Below, in pieces: positions 1-12,700 of a stretch of 64,000 nucleotides of DNA (position 1 is the stretch's first letter; the number at the start of each line of letters is the position of its first letter). The notes beneath the pieces were generated by a model. The model did not search any database. It was not told the DNA's origin and saw nothing but the letters and a program-made list of their open reading frames with translations. The DNA is from Phoronis australis (Eukaryota; Animalia; Phoronida). Both the position numbers and the translations under genes were made by a program. The stretch is from the NCBI GenBank assembly GCA_002633005.1, contig NMRA01000080.1, positions 463,291-527,290 on the forward strand. The letters run 5' to 3'.

Positions 1-1341
1 GATCAGGTTTGACTGCAAGAGGGAAGTGATTGCGATAGGAGTGGTATTCAGTACCGGTAGTTCCTTGAAGTTCTTTTGAGTTAACGGAGTCCAGAAATTT
101 AGTCTCTGCTCTTATCTACCCGGATACGGAAATCCCGCCATTTCTAGAGCACATCCTTGTTGTTCAGTGCTGAATTTTGGCGCAAATCCAGGCACTCTCT
201 AGACAAGTGGAAATTGTCAAAAATCTGGTTGGCAATGACTCATTTTAATCTAAATTACTGGAATCTAGAGTGTAAGACGGTTCAGATTGTTGTCTCCTCT
301 CTTGTACCAGAGCTGCCTTGAATTTGTGGTCTCTAGGTACAAAATGGTCAAAATCGCAATTCTTTGGTCATTGTTTGGCATCTCAATATTTTTCTACCGG
401 TGGACGATGCAAGGCAAAAAGACATGGTTCTGTTGAATTTCTTCATCTTTCAGAAACCTCATTGAGTGTGCTTTCTATCATTTATACCTATTTTGAGGAA
501 GTGTCTTGAAACAGTTTGCAAACAAGGGCTTTCATTGACCCAGACCAGTGATAACGTTAAAATCGGCCAGTCGCCCAGCCATAACTAGCAGGCAACCTGA
601 ATCTGAATTGTTCGCAGCGCCACCAAGCGAATTAGTTTCTGATAGACAGACGGAAGAACTGGGCAGAAAACAACAATGACCAGAATGTTTTTCCTTATTT
701 AACAGTATATAAATTTCAGTACTTATTGTCGCCATTTTATATTTTCGTGAACATTCACTTTCTCATTGTCTGTGGAATGCATCGTTGAATTATTTGTTTT
801 GAAAAAGAAATGACGGTTTTGAAAACACCATCATGTTTGAGCAATATTTTAGCTTCAATCTGTTTATTATCGTGACAGCCAGTCAGTGTGTCTAAAACAA
901 TACGCCAAAGATAACGGAACGACTTCGGCGACCAATGCGAGGGTTTGTATTCAATCGGTTTGTCCTGAATGTAGTTGTGATCTCGGAGATTCCCGGATCA
1001 CAACTGGTATCCGACTGCGTGTTGTTTAAGATCAATCGTGTCATGTCCAGAAACCTTTGCTATAACAAGAAGCACCAAAGCATATTCTAAACCATACTTT
1101 TCGCTGCAGAGCTGAAATATCGTAGCTGTGTTTTGCACGGCCGACAAACAGGCGAACATGAAATCTGAGCGCGGAGTCTAATCCCGACTGAAAAACTGAC
1201 CCAATGCATGGCACGCCTCGAAAGATTTTAAATCATGCTGCGTGATTCATTCAAAAATATATGTTATTTCAAGTAACAGGGCCATATAAAATAACGCAAA
1301 TAACCTAGAAGGCAGACCATTACATCTGGGCGATTCTTTAA

Positions 1342-2481
1342 AGGCGAAGGCAACCTTTTTTCATGTCATTTTGAGCTAAAATAAGGTTGGTTGGTTATCC
1401 TAGACATATTTTCCACTTAATTACAGGTTTTCGTAATTTTGTTAATTACTCGTCCGCTACTCCGGAAGTGACGTTTTAGGAGGCAAGCATTTCGCGCCAA
1501 TTTCTTTTCATATAGTCTGACTGTGAGAGCTGCCGACTCAGTCATTGTTCCACCTCGGTTGTGTTAAGTTCCGTTGTCGCGCGCTTTGGGAGTACCTTTG
1601 CATCGCTTTCCGATGGATACACACTTCGCCGTACTTGGCTCGTTCGTGTGAAGAGCGCAGCGTTACCCGTCCACGCAACGTACAAAGCAGTCGAAAATTA
1701 CCGTGTGTGTGGCAAACACTTTCTGCCGTCCGATTACGAAAGGGATTTGTACGCTGAACTGATGAAGGTGCCTGCGAAACAACGCCTGAAGCAGGATGCC
1801 ATTCCGTCTGTGTTGATTCCCGGCAGTGCCCCGTCGCCACCCCCAAGATGTGCGTATTTGAAGCGAGAAGCCTCGCGAGCTGTAGCCAGTGCAGTGACTG
1901 GAGCCAGTGGAGGCACTTCATCTACTGTCACCCGTGCCTCCGAACGTACCCCAGAGCGTGCCATTCCTGGAACCAGTAGTGATTCGCCCTGTGCTGTTTT
2001 CTACAGCCCAGAGCCTCTAAGCAGCCCTGCAGCGATATTGAGTAGTGGGAGTGATTACAGGCCCAGTTCGACACCCAGTGAAGAGGACAGTTCGTCGTCC
2101 AGTGAACAGATCGGTGAGCCAAACTTTGATAAGTTTATTGTGGACTTGTCTAAAGTGTTGGAGCTATTTAGAAGGTGCCAGGTGTGTGGCGAGGGAGTCA
2201 CNNNNNNNNNNNNNNNNNNNNNNNNNNNNNNNNNNNNNNNNNNNNNNNNNNNNNNNNNNNNNNNNNNNNNNNNNNNNNNNNNNNNNNNNNNNNNNNNNNN
2301 NNNNNNNNNNNNNNNNNNNNNNNNNNCGCGAAATGCTTGCCTCCTAAAACGTCACTTCCGGAGTAGCGGACGAGTAATTAATAAAATTACGAAAAACTGT
2401 AATTAAGTGGAAAATATGTCTAGGATAACCAACCAACCTTATTTTAGCTCAAAATGACATGAAAAAAGGTTGCCTTCGCCT
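1342..2481 (+). mobile_element. Kolobok-like DNA transposon (THAP-bearing), interrupted by an assembly gap
   Basis: TTAA at 1338-1341 and 2482-2485; AGG...CCT termini; near-perfect TIR of at least 155 bp (1342-1496 vs 2327-2481); internal THAP and KFIV..LELF..CxxC coding remnant; N gap 2202-2326. Confidence 0.85.
1540..2201 (+). pseudogene. Frameshifted THAP-domain transposase N-terminus
   Basis: LHRFP lies in one frame; W...RVCGKHF...RLKQDAIPS (THAP C-terminal half) lies in the 1561 ORF frame, followed by a Ser/Pro-rich linker and DKFIVDLSKVLELFRRCQVC; the frame then runs into the gap. Confidence 0.75.
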
Positions 2482-2638
2482 TTAAGTATCGAGTCTGGGT
2501 CTGAGCCGAGTCTGAGTTCGGGGATTAGATCCAGGGTCTTGAAGTTGGGCCTAATAAAAACTGTTTGTTTTAAGTTGTAAAGCGTAAACAAAGTTCTTTC
2601 AACGTTGCATTATGTATTTATATATTTCATGTTACGAA

Positions 2639-3036
2639 CAGCGTTCGAAATACACGCTGGCCTGGTGGCCCGGGGCCAGCGGATTTGCGCCAGGCCTGTG
2701 GCTTTTAAAAGTTACTGGCCAGTAACTTTCAGATATAGGCCGGACCTATGTGGATGTGGTCTCTTAATAAATTAATTATAAAAAGACTTTTTGACTAATT
2801 TTGTTTGCCTCTTGAACGCCAACGAGTTAACTTTTGAACCTTGTGGGCAATAAATCCTCAACTAGAGATAATAACAAAACAATAGGGTTCTCAAGCGCAT
2901 GCGCATTTAGTGTAAATGGAAAAGATTGAGAAAAACGTAATATATACATTACAGGATTCTAAAAGCAGGGCCAGTAACTTTTCAGACTAGCTGTCCCTCC
3001 GGGCCATCTCATTTATTTGTCGAAGTTGGAACACTG
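2639..3036. mobile_element. hAT-like MITE
   Basis: Imperfect TIRs CAGCGTTCGAA / TTGGAACACTG; 8-bp flanks GTTACGAA / GTAATGAA (6/8 match); subterminal GGCCAG(TAAC) repeats. Confidence 0.55.
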
Positions 3037-6000
3037 GTAATGAATCGTTATACAAACAGACGATCCCAGTGGTAACAGGCCCTCCATTGTGCCCCCCGAT
3101 GTCCTGTCCATGTGACCTGAGATGCCCGAAGGAACATTTTGGTTCTTTCTGCAGATTTTGTGTCTATTATTTAATTGACATGTACTTACCTGGTTTGATG
3201 CTCGATTTGTTTAAGTCAGTAGGTCAGAAATTTATGGTTTTCGTAGCCTATAATGTTGCATCATAAATAGCGACATTTGAAGTTCGGGCGGCTCGAATGA
3301 AAAAAGACACTCCACTTCCAGTCGGTCAACACTACCACTTCGCCATGCGCCCGTCACCGCAGGTTACTGGAAATTTTTTAAAATCGTTTTATGTCGTCCA
3401 GTTTCTGAAGACACGCTCCGACCTTATTTAGTGGCCTCCATTCTAACTCGTATATCAAAAACAGGCCTTGTCAACTGGTAAAAGTATATATATTTTCTGA
3501 AAAAATAATGTTTTATGTGCCGTTATTATTATTACGTTAACACCTTTTTAAATCGTAATTTCCTGTTAAGAAAGGTACATTCATAGTAAAATAACGCCTG
3601 GATCGATTTTAATGAAACCTTGTTTAAATAAAAACTTCACCCAGTTACCTCAAATAATCTATTAGGAATTTTCGATTAGTCTTTTAGTTTGGTTTCTATG
3701 ACAAATTAACGCGCAAGACGTTAAGGTATTTCTGTAAAAAATAGCAGTCGTATTCGTCTTTGTAACATTACTCAAAAACTAGGCCTTTATAAAATACTAC
3801 CAGCTTTTTTAGATTGTTGAATTTAGTTTGAAAAATTTCAGTGAAATCCACCGATCCGTTTTCGAGAACTCTTGTTCCTAAGTTCAAATAAAGTCGATTT
3901 GCCGAAGCGAGAAATGGCCGATTTAGTTGAGTGACGAGAAAATCTGAAGGTCTTCGGTTAATTATTCGGTGCACAATTGTTTTCGGTCAATATAACCTAT
4001 ACATGCCTTAACCATGTTCGTTATTTCAACCTTCTCTCGCAATGTCAACTGAACTTACAGTGCCCGTAAGTAACTTAATTATCACTTAAACGTTTTAATG
4101 TTGTACGCGAGGTCTCCTTTACTTGGTGTTATCTAGGTCAGAAGGCGGAGTCAACAGTAAGTTGGACACCAGTTCATTGTATATACACATGCGGGGAGAA
4201 TGATATCAAGAATCCAAGTACGAAATGGACAATAGAAATCGAGTCGGTTATTAAAGCGCGGTGAGCGCGAGATCGAAAAGGCAAAATGTCCAATTACTGA
4301 TCAAATTAATGAATTTCGGGTAGGCTTTATCTTTTTAACTACTTGCTGTGTTAGTGAACGCGAAGTCACAGAGACTGTTCAGCGACGCGGACTCGATCAG
4401 TGCATTCTTTCTCAACGGTCGTGTGCATGCAGACGCACATATCTCTCTGGATAAAAACTACGTTTTTTCTTGGTTTTCCGCAGCATCTTTCTACACCACG
4501 TACACCTCGTTGACTCCTATTATGGCGACTCCGTGAATGAAAGGACTAAGGATACATACGAAACTGCTCTATGCCTGGCGGGAGATTCGATTTGAGTGAC
4601 AGCCCTGTAACCTTTGACTTCGGGTCGGTAAATAGTAAACACAATTCCACGCGGGTTGTGCCGTTCCAAAGTGTTTCTGCTAAATCTTTTTGTCGCTACA
4701 CGATTTTTTTCGCATTGGAAGTTCCTCGAGAATGAAGATAGGGTATTTTGCTAGTCATATGAGAAATATTGTAAAAACAGCCAAGTTTTATGAATAACAT
4801 TTGAGATACCCTTAAATAACCTTGAAATATAATGCACTCGGTGAGTTCAAACCGCTATTGCACAAAAAGGTGTGCATTCAAAGACTAAAGTGTTCATTGG
4901 CTCTCAACACACGCCACTGTCCGGTCATTAATGCCTGTACCGGCACAACGGCATTGAAAATCGGAATCTGACTGACCAACCACGTGTCAAATGATCGAAA
5001 GCCCGCTTCTGTACATAGCTGATGTAATATTAAAAAAGAAAACGCTTGTAGTTCCTATCTCCCATGATCTCGGTAGGCATAAATAACCGCCGAACTTTCA
5101 GTTTTTCTGAAGCTTCGGAATCATTTTTAATCTAAGTAAAGAACACGCACGTGCACACGATTTCATAAAGGTACGTGACTTAAATAAATAAACTGTGGGG
5201 AAATTTCTGACCCTTCATTTGCTGGGGTAACAATTTTCTCGCCGTCCACGCCATAATCACAAATCATAGTTTCCTTTCAAACCGATGGCACCTTCTATTC
5301 TGATAATCATGCAACTACAACGAAACATGGTAAAACAAACACAACCCAAGTCAAAATCAAAGTACAAGTAGGAAACATAGACGTCACGTGATCAAGGATA
5401 TCATTTATATCATTTCTCGAACAAAATTACAGCAGAAATTTACCTAGGCAGTGTTCCACACCACTTACAAGATAAATTACCGAAATCTGAGATATGATAT
5501 CTGTTTTATGAACAGCTGAACTTTCTAGTGCATGCACACTAAGTCGTGATCGAAATTTTATAGCAACCGCTAGTCACTCGATTTAGTGTCCGAGCATTCA
5601 AGCATTCTTTTCCGCCCACAAGTTACTGCTGTCATTGAATTTCATAGGACAAGGATTGTTTTTGGTTAGATTAAGACACAAAATGAGACCAATTTCATGG
5701 CGGCATCTAGTGATATTGAAATGCAATTCTTTTTTCCAACGAAAATCACCGAATGAGACTGGGGGGGGTATAAGTTTCAAATACAAAGTGAACAATGAAG
5801 AGTAGTAATAAAAGCCATACCCTTTCAATCGACACTAAAAATTACTGAATGAATTTGTGTTTCATTCATAAAATTTTCTGCGTCGTTATAACCCTTACCC
5901 TAACCCTATCCCTAACTGGAAATTCCGAAACTAATATTTGTAGCCAGGGGCCCGTTTTATGAAATGTTTCTTTACGAGGTCCAAGTCAGGAATTTCTTCT

Positions 6001-6717
6001 CGCTCTACTACTTAGCTATCACCGGACAAAGTTTTTGTCACGTAGAAATTGTTAGCAGGTCACTGTTTAGTAATGAATTGTACAAATTATCTGATAAAGG
6101 AACACCAGGTATACTATTTTCTCAAAGACTGTTTTGCTTGTATCACGTCATAATTTGGCAGAGCTGTACATTTTACCTGATTAACCACGATTGTCGGCAT
6201 ACTCTCCGAAAGTTTGTGTTTTTCTGAAGTTAAATTTAATTGTTTTTAGAACTCTTGCAGTCACCTGTGAAAACAACTTTTGCGTGCACTCAAGGGTGGA
6301 GCTGCACTAAAAGTTAAAAAATCAAGTATTTAACACGAACATGGTTCATAGCTGATGTTTATCCTTAAAATTGACTTTTTGATATCGTTACTTGAGTCAG
6401 GTGGCGTGATGCGGTTTTGTTATCGTTTTTACGCAGGAGTTCATTGGGTTATACGATAAAGTACTGAGAGCGACAGAAGGTATGCGCGCTAACAGGTTAA
6501 CGGTGTGTACGTAAATGTGTGGTTTTATTTCAATGAAACAGGACAACATTCGACTGCGCAAGTGCGAAAATGAACACACACAGTATACATTCTTTTAAAT
6601 GTCAAACATCTGCATAAGATTCGTTGTTACCAAAAGCGCATAAAGAGCGTTAATGTTAACTTTGCACTCGGTTACAATTTTTTTAATATTTACAGTTACT
6701 AAAGCAAAAGCAAAAAG

Positions 6718-6791
6718 ATGACTGAGAATGGTGGAAAAACCTTCTACGAAATGGAAAATGGTGGGGGAAGTCGCGTACAATTTGCTCGGAG
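6718..6791 (+). CDS. Neprilysin candidate N-terminal exon 1a ([24 protein letters not shown])
   Basis: Acceptor ending at 6695 (tttacag), ATG at 6718, strong GTAAGT donor at 6792; phase 2 matches the TM exon at 11267. Confidence 0.7.
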
Positions 6792-9700
6792 GTAAGTACA
6801 GGTAGACAGGAAAAAACGTGACGAGAGCAAAATGATTTTTGTACGAATGCGTGATTGCTTGTGTAGTGAGTACGCATTTTGATGACATCTTTTAAGATGT
6901 CATCAAAATGCGCCCATAACTCAATTTATTTAAAGACCACTCCATAAATTTTAGTTCGTAAATGTTCTCCATTGTTTAAATCTCCTGAAAGCATAGTAAA
7001 CGAAAATTCAGTTTCGTAAGTCATAGACTATAGTTTCATCTGCACAACGTTATTTAATGTATCTGACAACCTTCGTAACCAAGGATCAATTTTCTCGAAT
7101 ACATAAACAATATCAATTGTAACGATACATCTTTTAAGATGTCGAGGATATTTAAAAATATCCTCGACTGTAACAAAATTGTCACGTGCTACAAAGTAAT
7201 CCCAAACGTTTGTAATCACCTGACCACGATTTTGCTATGAATTATATGATTTTTCACAAAGATTGCCGTAATTTCCATAGACTTAATTTTTCGCACCAAA
7301 CTTCCAATTTCTGATCCGTTATTTAATTGTCTATGAACTTGCGTCCAGAATTATCGGTTATTGTGACTGTCAAAAATTAAGATTTCCGATTTTTTCAAGT
7401 TTATGTTTTAGAAGTTCTCAGCTATATGTAAGGGAATTCAAATGGTTTAATAGAACAAGCACTCTCAAGATAGGCTCACAATCCTGTTTAACGCGTCATT
7501 CTCGCATGTTTAGGTATCCTCAAATTAAAATCAAAACTTGACTACTTAGCCGAAGTCAAAAGTTCTCGAAATCATCCTTTCCATAACGGAGCACCATTTC
7601 CGTTACCACGGTAAACATTAAGAGCATCCAAAACTCCGGAAACGCTTCAGAATTTTATAAAACTGATCCCCGTTCCGCTGACGGAATACACTCACGAAAA
7701 TTAATATCTTCGCGACATATCGCTCATGCATTCTCGTATATACGAAACTCAACTCTGGCCAGTCTTGTTAAATTTGACCTCTTAAATTAATCGAATTTTA
7801 TTTGGCGATTCCAATTGAATGGAAATTCCTTGCAAGGGGATGTGAAGAAGTTGAACTAGCATGCTTCTGCTTAATTATCGCATCACTTGATTCCATCATA
7901 AGCAATTAGCGGAGTGTGCAGCTTTCAAGGTGTTGAATGTAGATGTTTGCAATCCCACAAAAATGACATTAGTTGTAGTAAGAACTGGCCAACACCTTTT
8001 TTAAATGACACTATCTTTTTACGGCCGAAAAACGCATTTTGGATGGAATAGACGTTTTGACATTATTAGCTTTGACCACAGCGAAAAAATAATAAAGTCC
8101 GGTGTGCCTTTATGGTGGTCAGATTGATGCTACTTTTTCGCTCGCGAAAATCTTTTTGCAGTGGCGGATTTAGAGGGGAGGGGTAAGGAGACCGTGGTCC
8201 CCCTTAAAATTCTCCCTGATTCCATTTGGCACTTCGGGGTTGTGAATGTCTGACGGGCAAAATCCTGGCTAATACTCTGGCCTGGACCCCCCTCTTACTC
8301 AAAATCCTGGATCCGCCCCTGTTTTGTACTATTTATGCACTTATACGTGTATGCAACTACGCGTCTGGGAACATGAAGCTACGTCTGAAAGAACTATCAA
8401 TTGCTTTTCCTGTTAATTATTAGTTATGTTACCAATTAAGCTTTAAGAAATAGAGAGCGGCGTGTGCACACAGTTTGTCTCAGGCACTGTTCTAGATAAT
8501 ACAAAACGGGAGAGCCGATTTTTGCCAGATCTTGAAAGGCCAAGAGGAAATCAAATAGCTGGTTGAAAGATAACTACACAAATGAAAAACTCTGGCATCG
8601 TTGCTACGCTAGGCTGGATTGAAAAAATGTAAATTTTCTAAAAGTTTAAACATTTCGATAGGAATTCTCTAACAGACGGCAGGAAAGAGTTAAGGAATTA
8701 GTGAACAAGCGACCTTTATTGATTTTTAAGTTTGAACTAAAGCCTCGACAGTTTGTAGCCTTTTGTTCAAGTTTAAATTGTTCAAACACCAGTTGATAAT
8801 TTTACATTTACACGAAATCCTACACTCTAAATGGCAAAGATAGATACTCCTGAAACTACCAGTAAAGCCATTCAATCGTTACGGGGCAGTTTCCATTTCA
8901 AGGGGACGCAAACAACTTTTACTGGGGAGCAGAGGGAATACGCGGCTGCTACTACATGATTACCTCACTGCCCCGTGTGTTTCACTCCTGTTCTCGAACT
9001 TGCAAGTATTTTGTAGACGCAGAGGTGCGGACTGTGGCAGACCTGCCATGGTGTTTCACGACCCCATTGCAGGAGGGATCCCGGTGCCGATTTCCTATTT
9101 TGCAAATGTTTCCCCTTCCGATAAGATCACACAACGCTTATCGAACCTTGAAAATGTAGATCCGTCATTGGATGCGCTAGCAGAGTTTACGTAGTGCGAC
9201 TGGTGGAATATTATAGGGCTTCACTGAAATACGTAAGCTATATGCTCGTGACTGGTGGAGGTGGAAGGTAATTTCTTTTGTATTATTTGCGAAATGATGT
9301 AGGAGAGCTAGACGGCATTTCCTCCATACTTACTGTCTAATCAGGAAAATTGTTTGAAACGTGCTCATTTGTGCCATGCGTAGAATGGTTTGCTAAGCAG
9401 TGTTACATTCTGATACCAGCTGATGTTCTGCATTGTCAGTTTATAAAACGTAAATCCTTTTCATGGAATGATTTGAGGCGTATTTTGTGTTTGCGCTACT
9501 GGTTTTGATTAATTTGCGTTCTATTTTTAAAACGAACCACCCAGCATACGGATGATATTTCTCTGTCAATTTTTGAGAAGCAAACTGACGATGATATGTT
9601 GACATCATTGAGAGCACCATTTCTCTATCATTTAAACCTAATCATCGTGTAAAATAAGCCGGGTTAATGTTTCATGTAGAGAATTTCAAAACCAAACACA

Positions 9701-12700
9701 CCGATATTATTAACTACACGTGTTGTATATCGTTGTGGCGAAGGTCAATGTGTTAACGTCGATACACAGTCTTACGTTCCATGGAAGCATGCAGTGTGTG
9801 GACGCTTTTCTGATGCTGCGATGCTCAAGTGTTAATTTATTTCCGACATCACATACTCCTTCCCAGTTTGGTACAGAAAAAAACATGGACCATGGATGGG
9901 CGTAAATCACGTAGGTTGACACATTCAATGACGTTTTGAAAACTGAAATGCGACTCGCATTAGCAGAGACTAAATAGCATCATGTTTATACTAATTTTTT
10001 TTTGATATTATACATCGAGTTATCTAACGTTTTAATTTACGCGATAATTTGCCGTAACAATTTGCCGTAGATTAATGTTAAATTTCGCTTTTTACTGCCT
10101 TTAGTTATTTCGAATCGCTTACAGTATAACTTGTTAAACATTAGTAAATTCTGTTTAGAGCATTATCCCGAAGCATTGTAGCAAAAAAATTATAGGCTAG
10201 ATAATCGTGTTTGTATTATTTCAAGGGGATCACGCGTCACAATATAACAAATGCCCCATTGTTTACCAGTTATCAAGCACGTTATCTCGAGGAACAAAAA
10301 TGCGCAAGCTTCCGTGTATGCAACGGGGGATTCATTAGATGTTTCAGTTAACTCTTGAACCAATACATATACGAGCGCAAAATTAATGAGCTCGGGTGGC
10401 GTGGAGCTCACAGTGTTTGAACAATAACCCCGGGGTTACTCGAGTATTTTCGTCGCAAGAGCACCAGGGAAATTAGGACATCCACTCATTCAGAGAGTGG
10501 ATTCGAGAAATTGGAATACCCACTCATTCAGGGAGTGGATTTAAGAAATTAGGATATCCACTCATTCAGAGAGTGGATTCGAGAAATTAGGATACCCACT
10601 CATTCAGAGAGTGGATTCGAGAAATTAGGATACCCACTCATTCAGAGAGTGGATTCGAGAAAGGGACATATTTGATGAAAGCTTCGATGAAAAAGTCATC
10701 CTTTCTTAGATTTTTGTTGCTGGAACTCTACCGTAATTGTAGGGGTTGGTTTAATCTATCACCCTTTTGAAGGAATTTTTGGACAACTAAAATGTAACCC
10801 AATAAGTATGAGATGGTACAAGAGATGACATGTTGTCAAAAACGAGTACAACTTTTACCATCAAAGTTTGGCAAATAAAAATGATATAACAAACCATGGC
10901 GTTGACATTACCGTTGCTTTGAGAAGATATTTGTTACTTTACAAATATGATTGTCTTTTCGAATGGTGTCGTAAGAAATGGCACATTATTGAAACTGAAA
11001 GACACGATTCTTAAGTCGTGTCACCGCGGTAAGCGAGACCAGCACCAGAACAGTGTGAAGATAATTAGCTATGAGTGTAAATCTTTAAAATGACTGTCGT
11101 TTAAAGGTGAACGTCCGCCATATGGTCTGGATTAAAAACAGCTTGAGCTAAAGAATCGTTGCGCTTAACTACCTGTCCCTATTTACAACTCAGATGTTAT
11201 CTGAGTCTGTGGTCATCTGTTTGGGTTGAGAAGAACATCTCAGTTAGATATGCAATTTATTTTCAGTGACTCAGAATTTAAAATGCCATGGTGGAAAAGA
11301 CGGACGAAATGCGAAATCGTCTCCACGGTTATGCTTGTGCTGTCTCTCGGCGCGTGCTTAGCTCTGCTCATAGTTCTTCTCCAACAACCTGAAAATGGCG
11401 GGACATCCGGTGAACAGGGAGGCGGGAAACCAACAGACAGCGGTGAGTCCAACCTTGTGTGCCATAGTAAGCAATGCCACCAGCAGAGAAAGATTGGATA
11501 TTTTTATGTTAAGTGTTCACGTTCATCCTTGGGTTCACTGCGCCCGACTTCCCGTGTTTCATGGTCGCGTAATGAAGCATGAAGACTACGCATGCTGGTC
11601 CCCGTTTTACGATAATGTTGGTATTGTGAAGCCTATAAAATTGTCGACCGTCCGCGTGAAAGACTAAGACTCAACTACTTTCAGAAGTTTTCAGTAGGAA
11701 CATTTCTCTTAAAATTTTTAGGCATTTACTTTGAGCCTTCGAAATCGTATTCATTGATTGTCCAGGTCCTTGATAATCACAGAAACTCACGTATTGTGCG
11801 GACAAAACGTTGTCCGGACACGTGATAGTACATTTTGAAAAACGTGTTTTGCTGCAACTTTCACAAACGCGGGCGTTACATTGCGAGATATTTTGCTTCT
11901 GTGTTCTGTTGACTTTTATTACGAGAAATTCGGCCGTCAAAAATGAACACTTCACCACCACTGTGAAAAGTTCGGAATTCTAGATTTCTCGGGCTAAGAT
12001 GCCTTGGCAGAAATTCATAGCAACCTTGAGTAGCCAATAGAAAAGGCGAAAGAGTTCGTGTGTCTCATGCAAACATTATCACGTATGTCGAAAAGACGGA
12101 CGTGTGATTACAAATGCCCGAATATTACTTACGTGTCATCACCAAAAGAAATGCACGGCTTCACGGATAGAAAGTGTTTAGAGTGGTGTCGAAAAATTCA
12201 GTGAGGTTGGGAAAGGAAGGTAGTTAGGGCCAACGAATCGTGCTATTGAGACACCTGTGCATCTTTTGTACGATGAACGGAGATTAAGTGCAGTTGCAAA
12301 AATGCTCCAACCCTGACTGTAACATGACGTCATCGCGATGGGTTCCATTTGCTAAAGAAACATTATGTTAACTGGCACCATCTGGGGATTCCTTCTATTT
12401 TCGTTACATAAACTAGAGCAATTATTAGTTTACCGTGTAACATTAACCCACTTTCAATGAAATTCCATCAACAAGGAAACAGTTAACATAGACATAACCC
12501 AGAATTTGTCACGAAAAATAAACTCATCAACAGCTCAGTGGCACAAAGGAATTAACTAGGTTAATTACACGATGACTATCGACAACTTGCATTTGAAGCC
12601 CCATTTCCAAACGTTTATGACCTCAAGTCCTTTACCTCTGGTCGGAAATCCTGGCGTCCAAACACCGGAACCAGTACGATATAAGTTGTCTAATCACTTT

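Noticed and set aside
5890-5915. Telomere-like TAACCC repeats
   Set aside because: Only about 4 degenerate units; likely part of an interspersed repeat.
8830-9194. Overlapping open frames with a kringle-like PWCFTT
   Set aside because: Other kringle or FN2 cysteines are missing and no consistent splice structure exists; it may be 5' UTR of exon 1b.
10468-10662. CRISPR-like array of palindromic 38-bp repeats
   Set aside because: Units are contiguous with no unique spacers, there are no cas genes, and the context is a eukaryotic intron.
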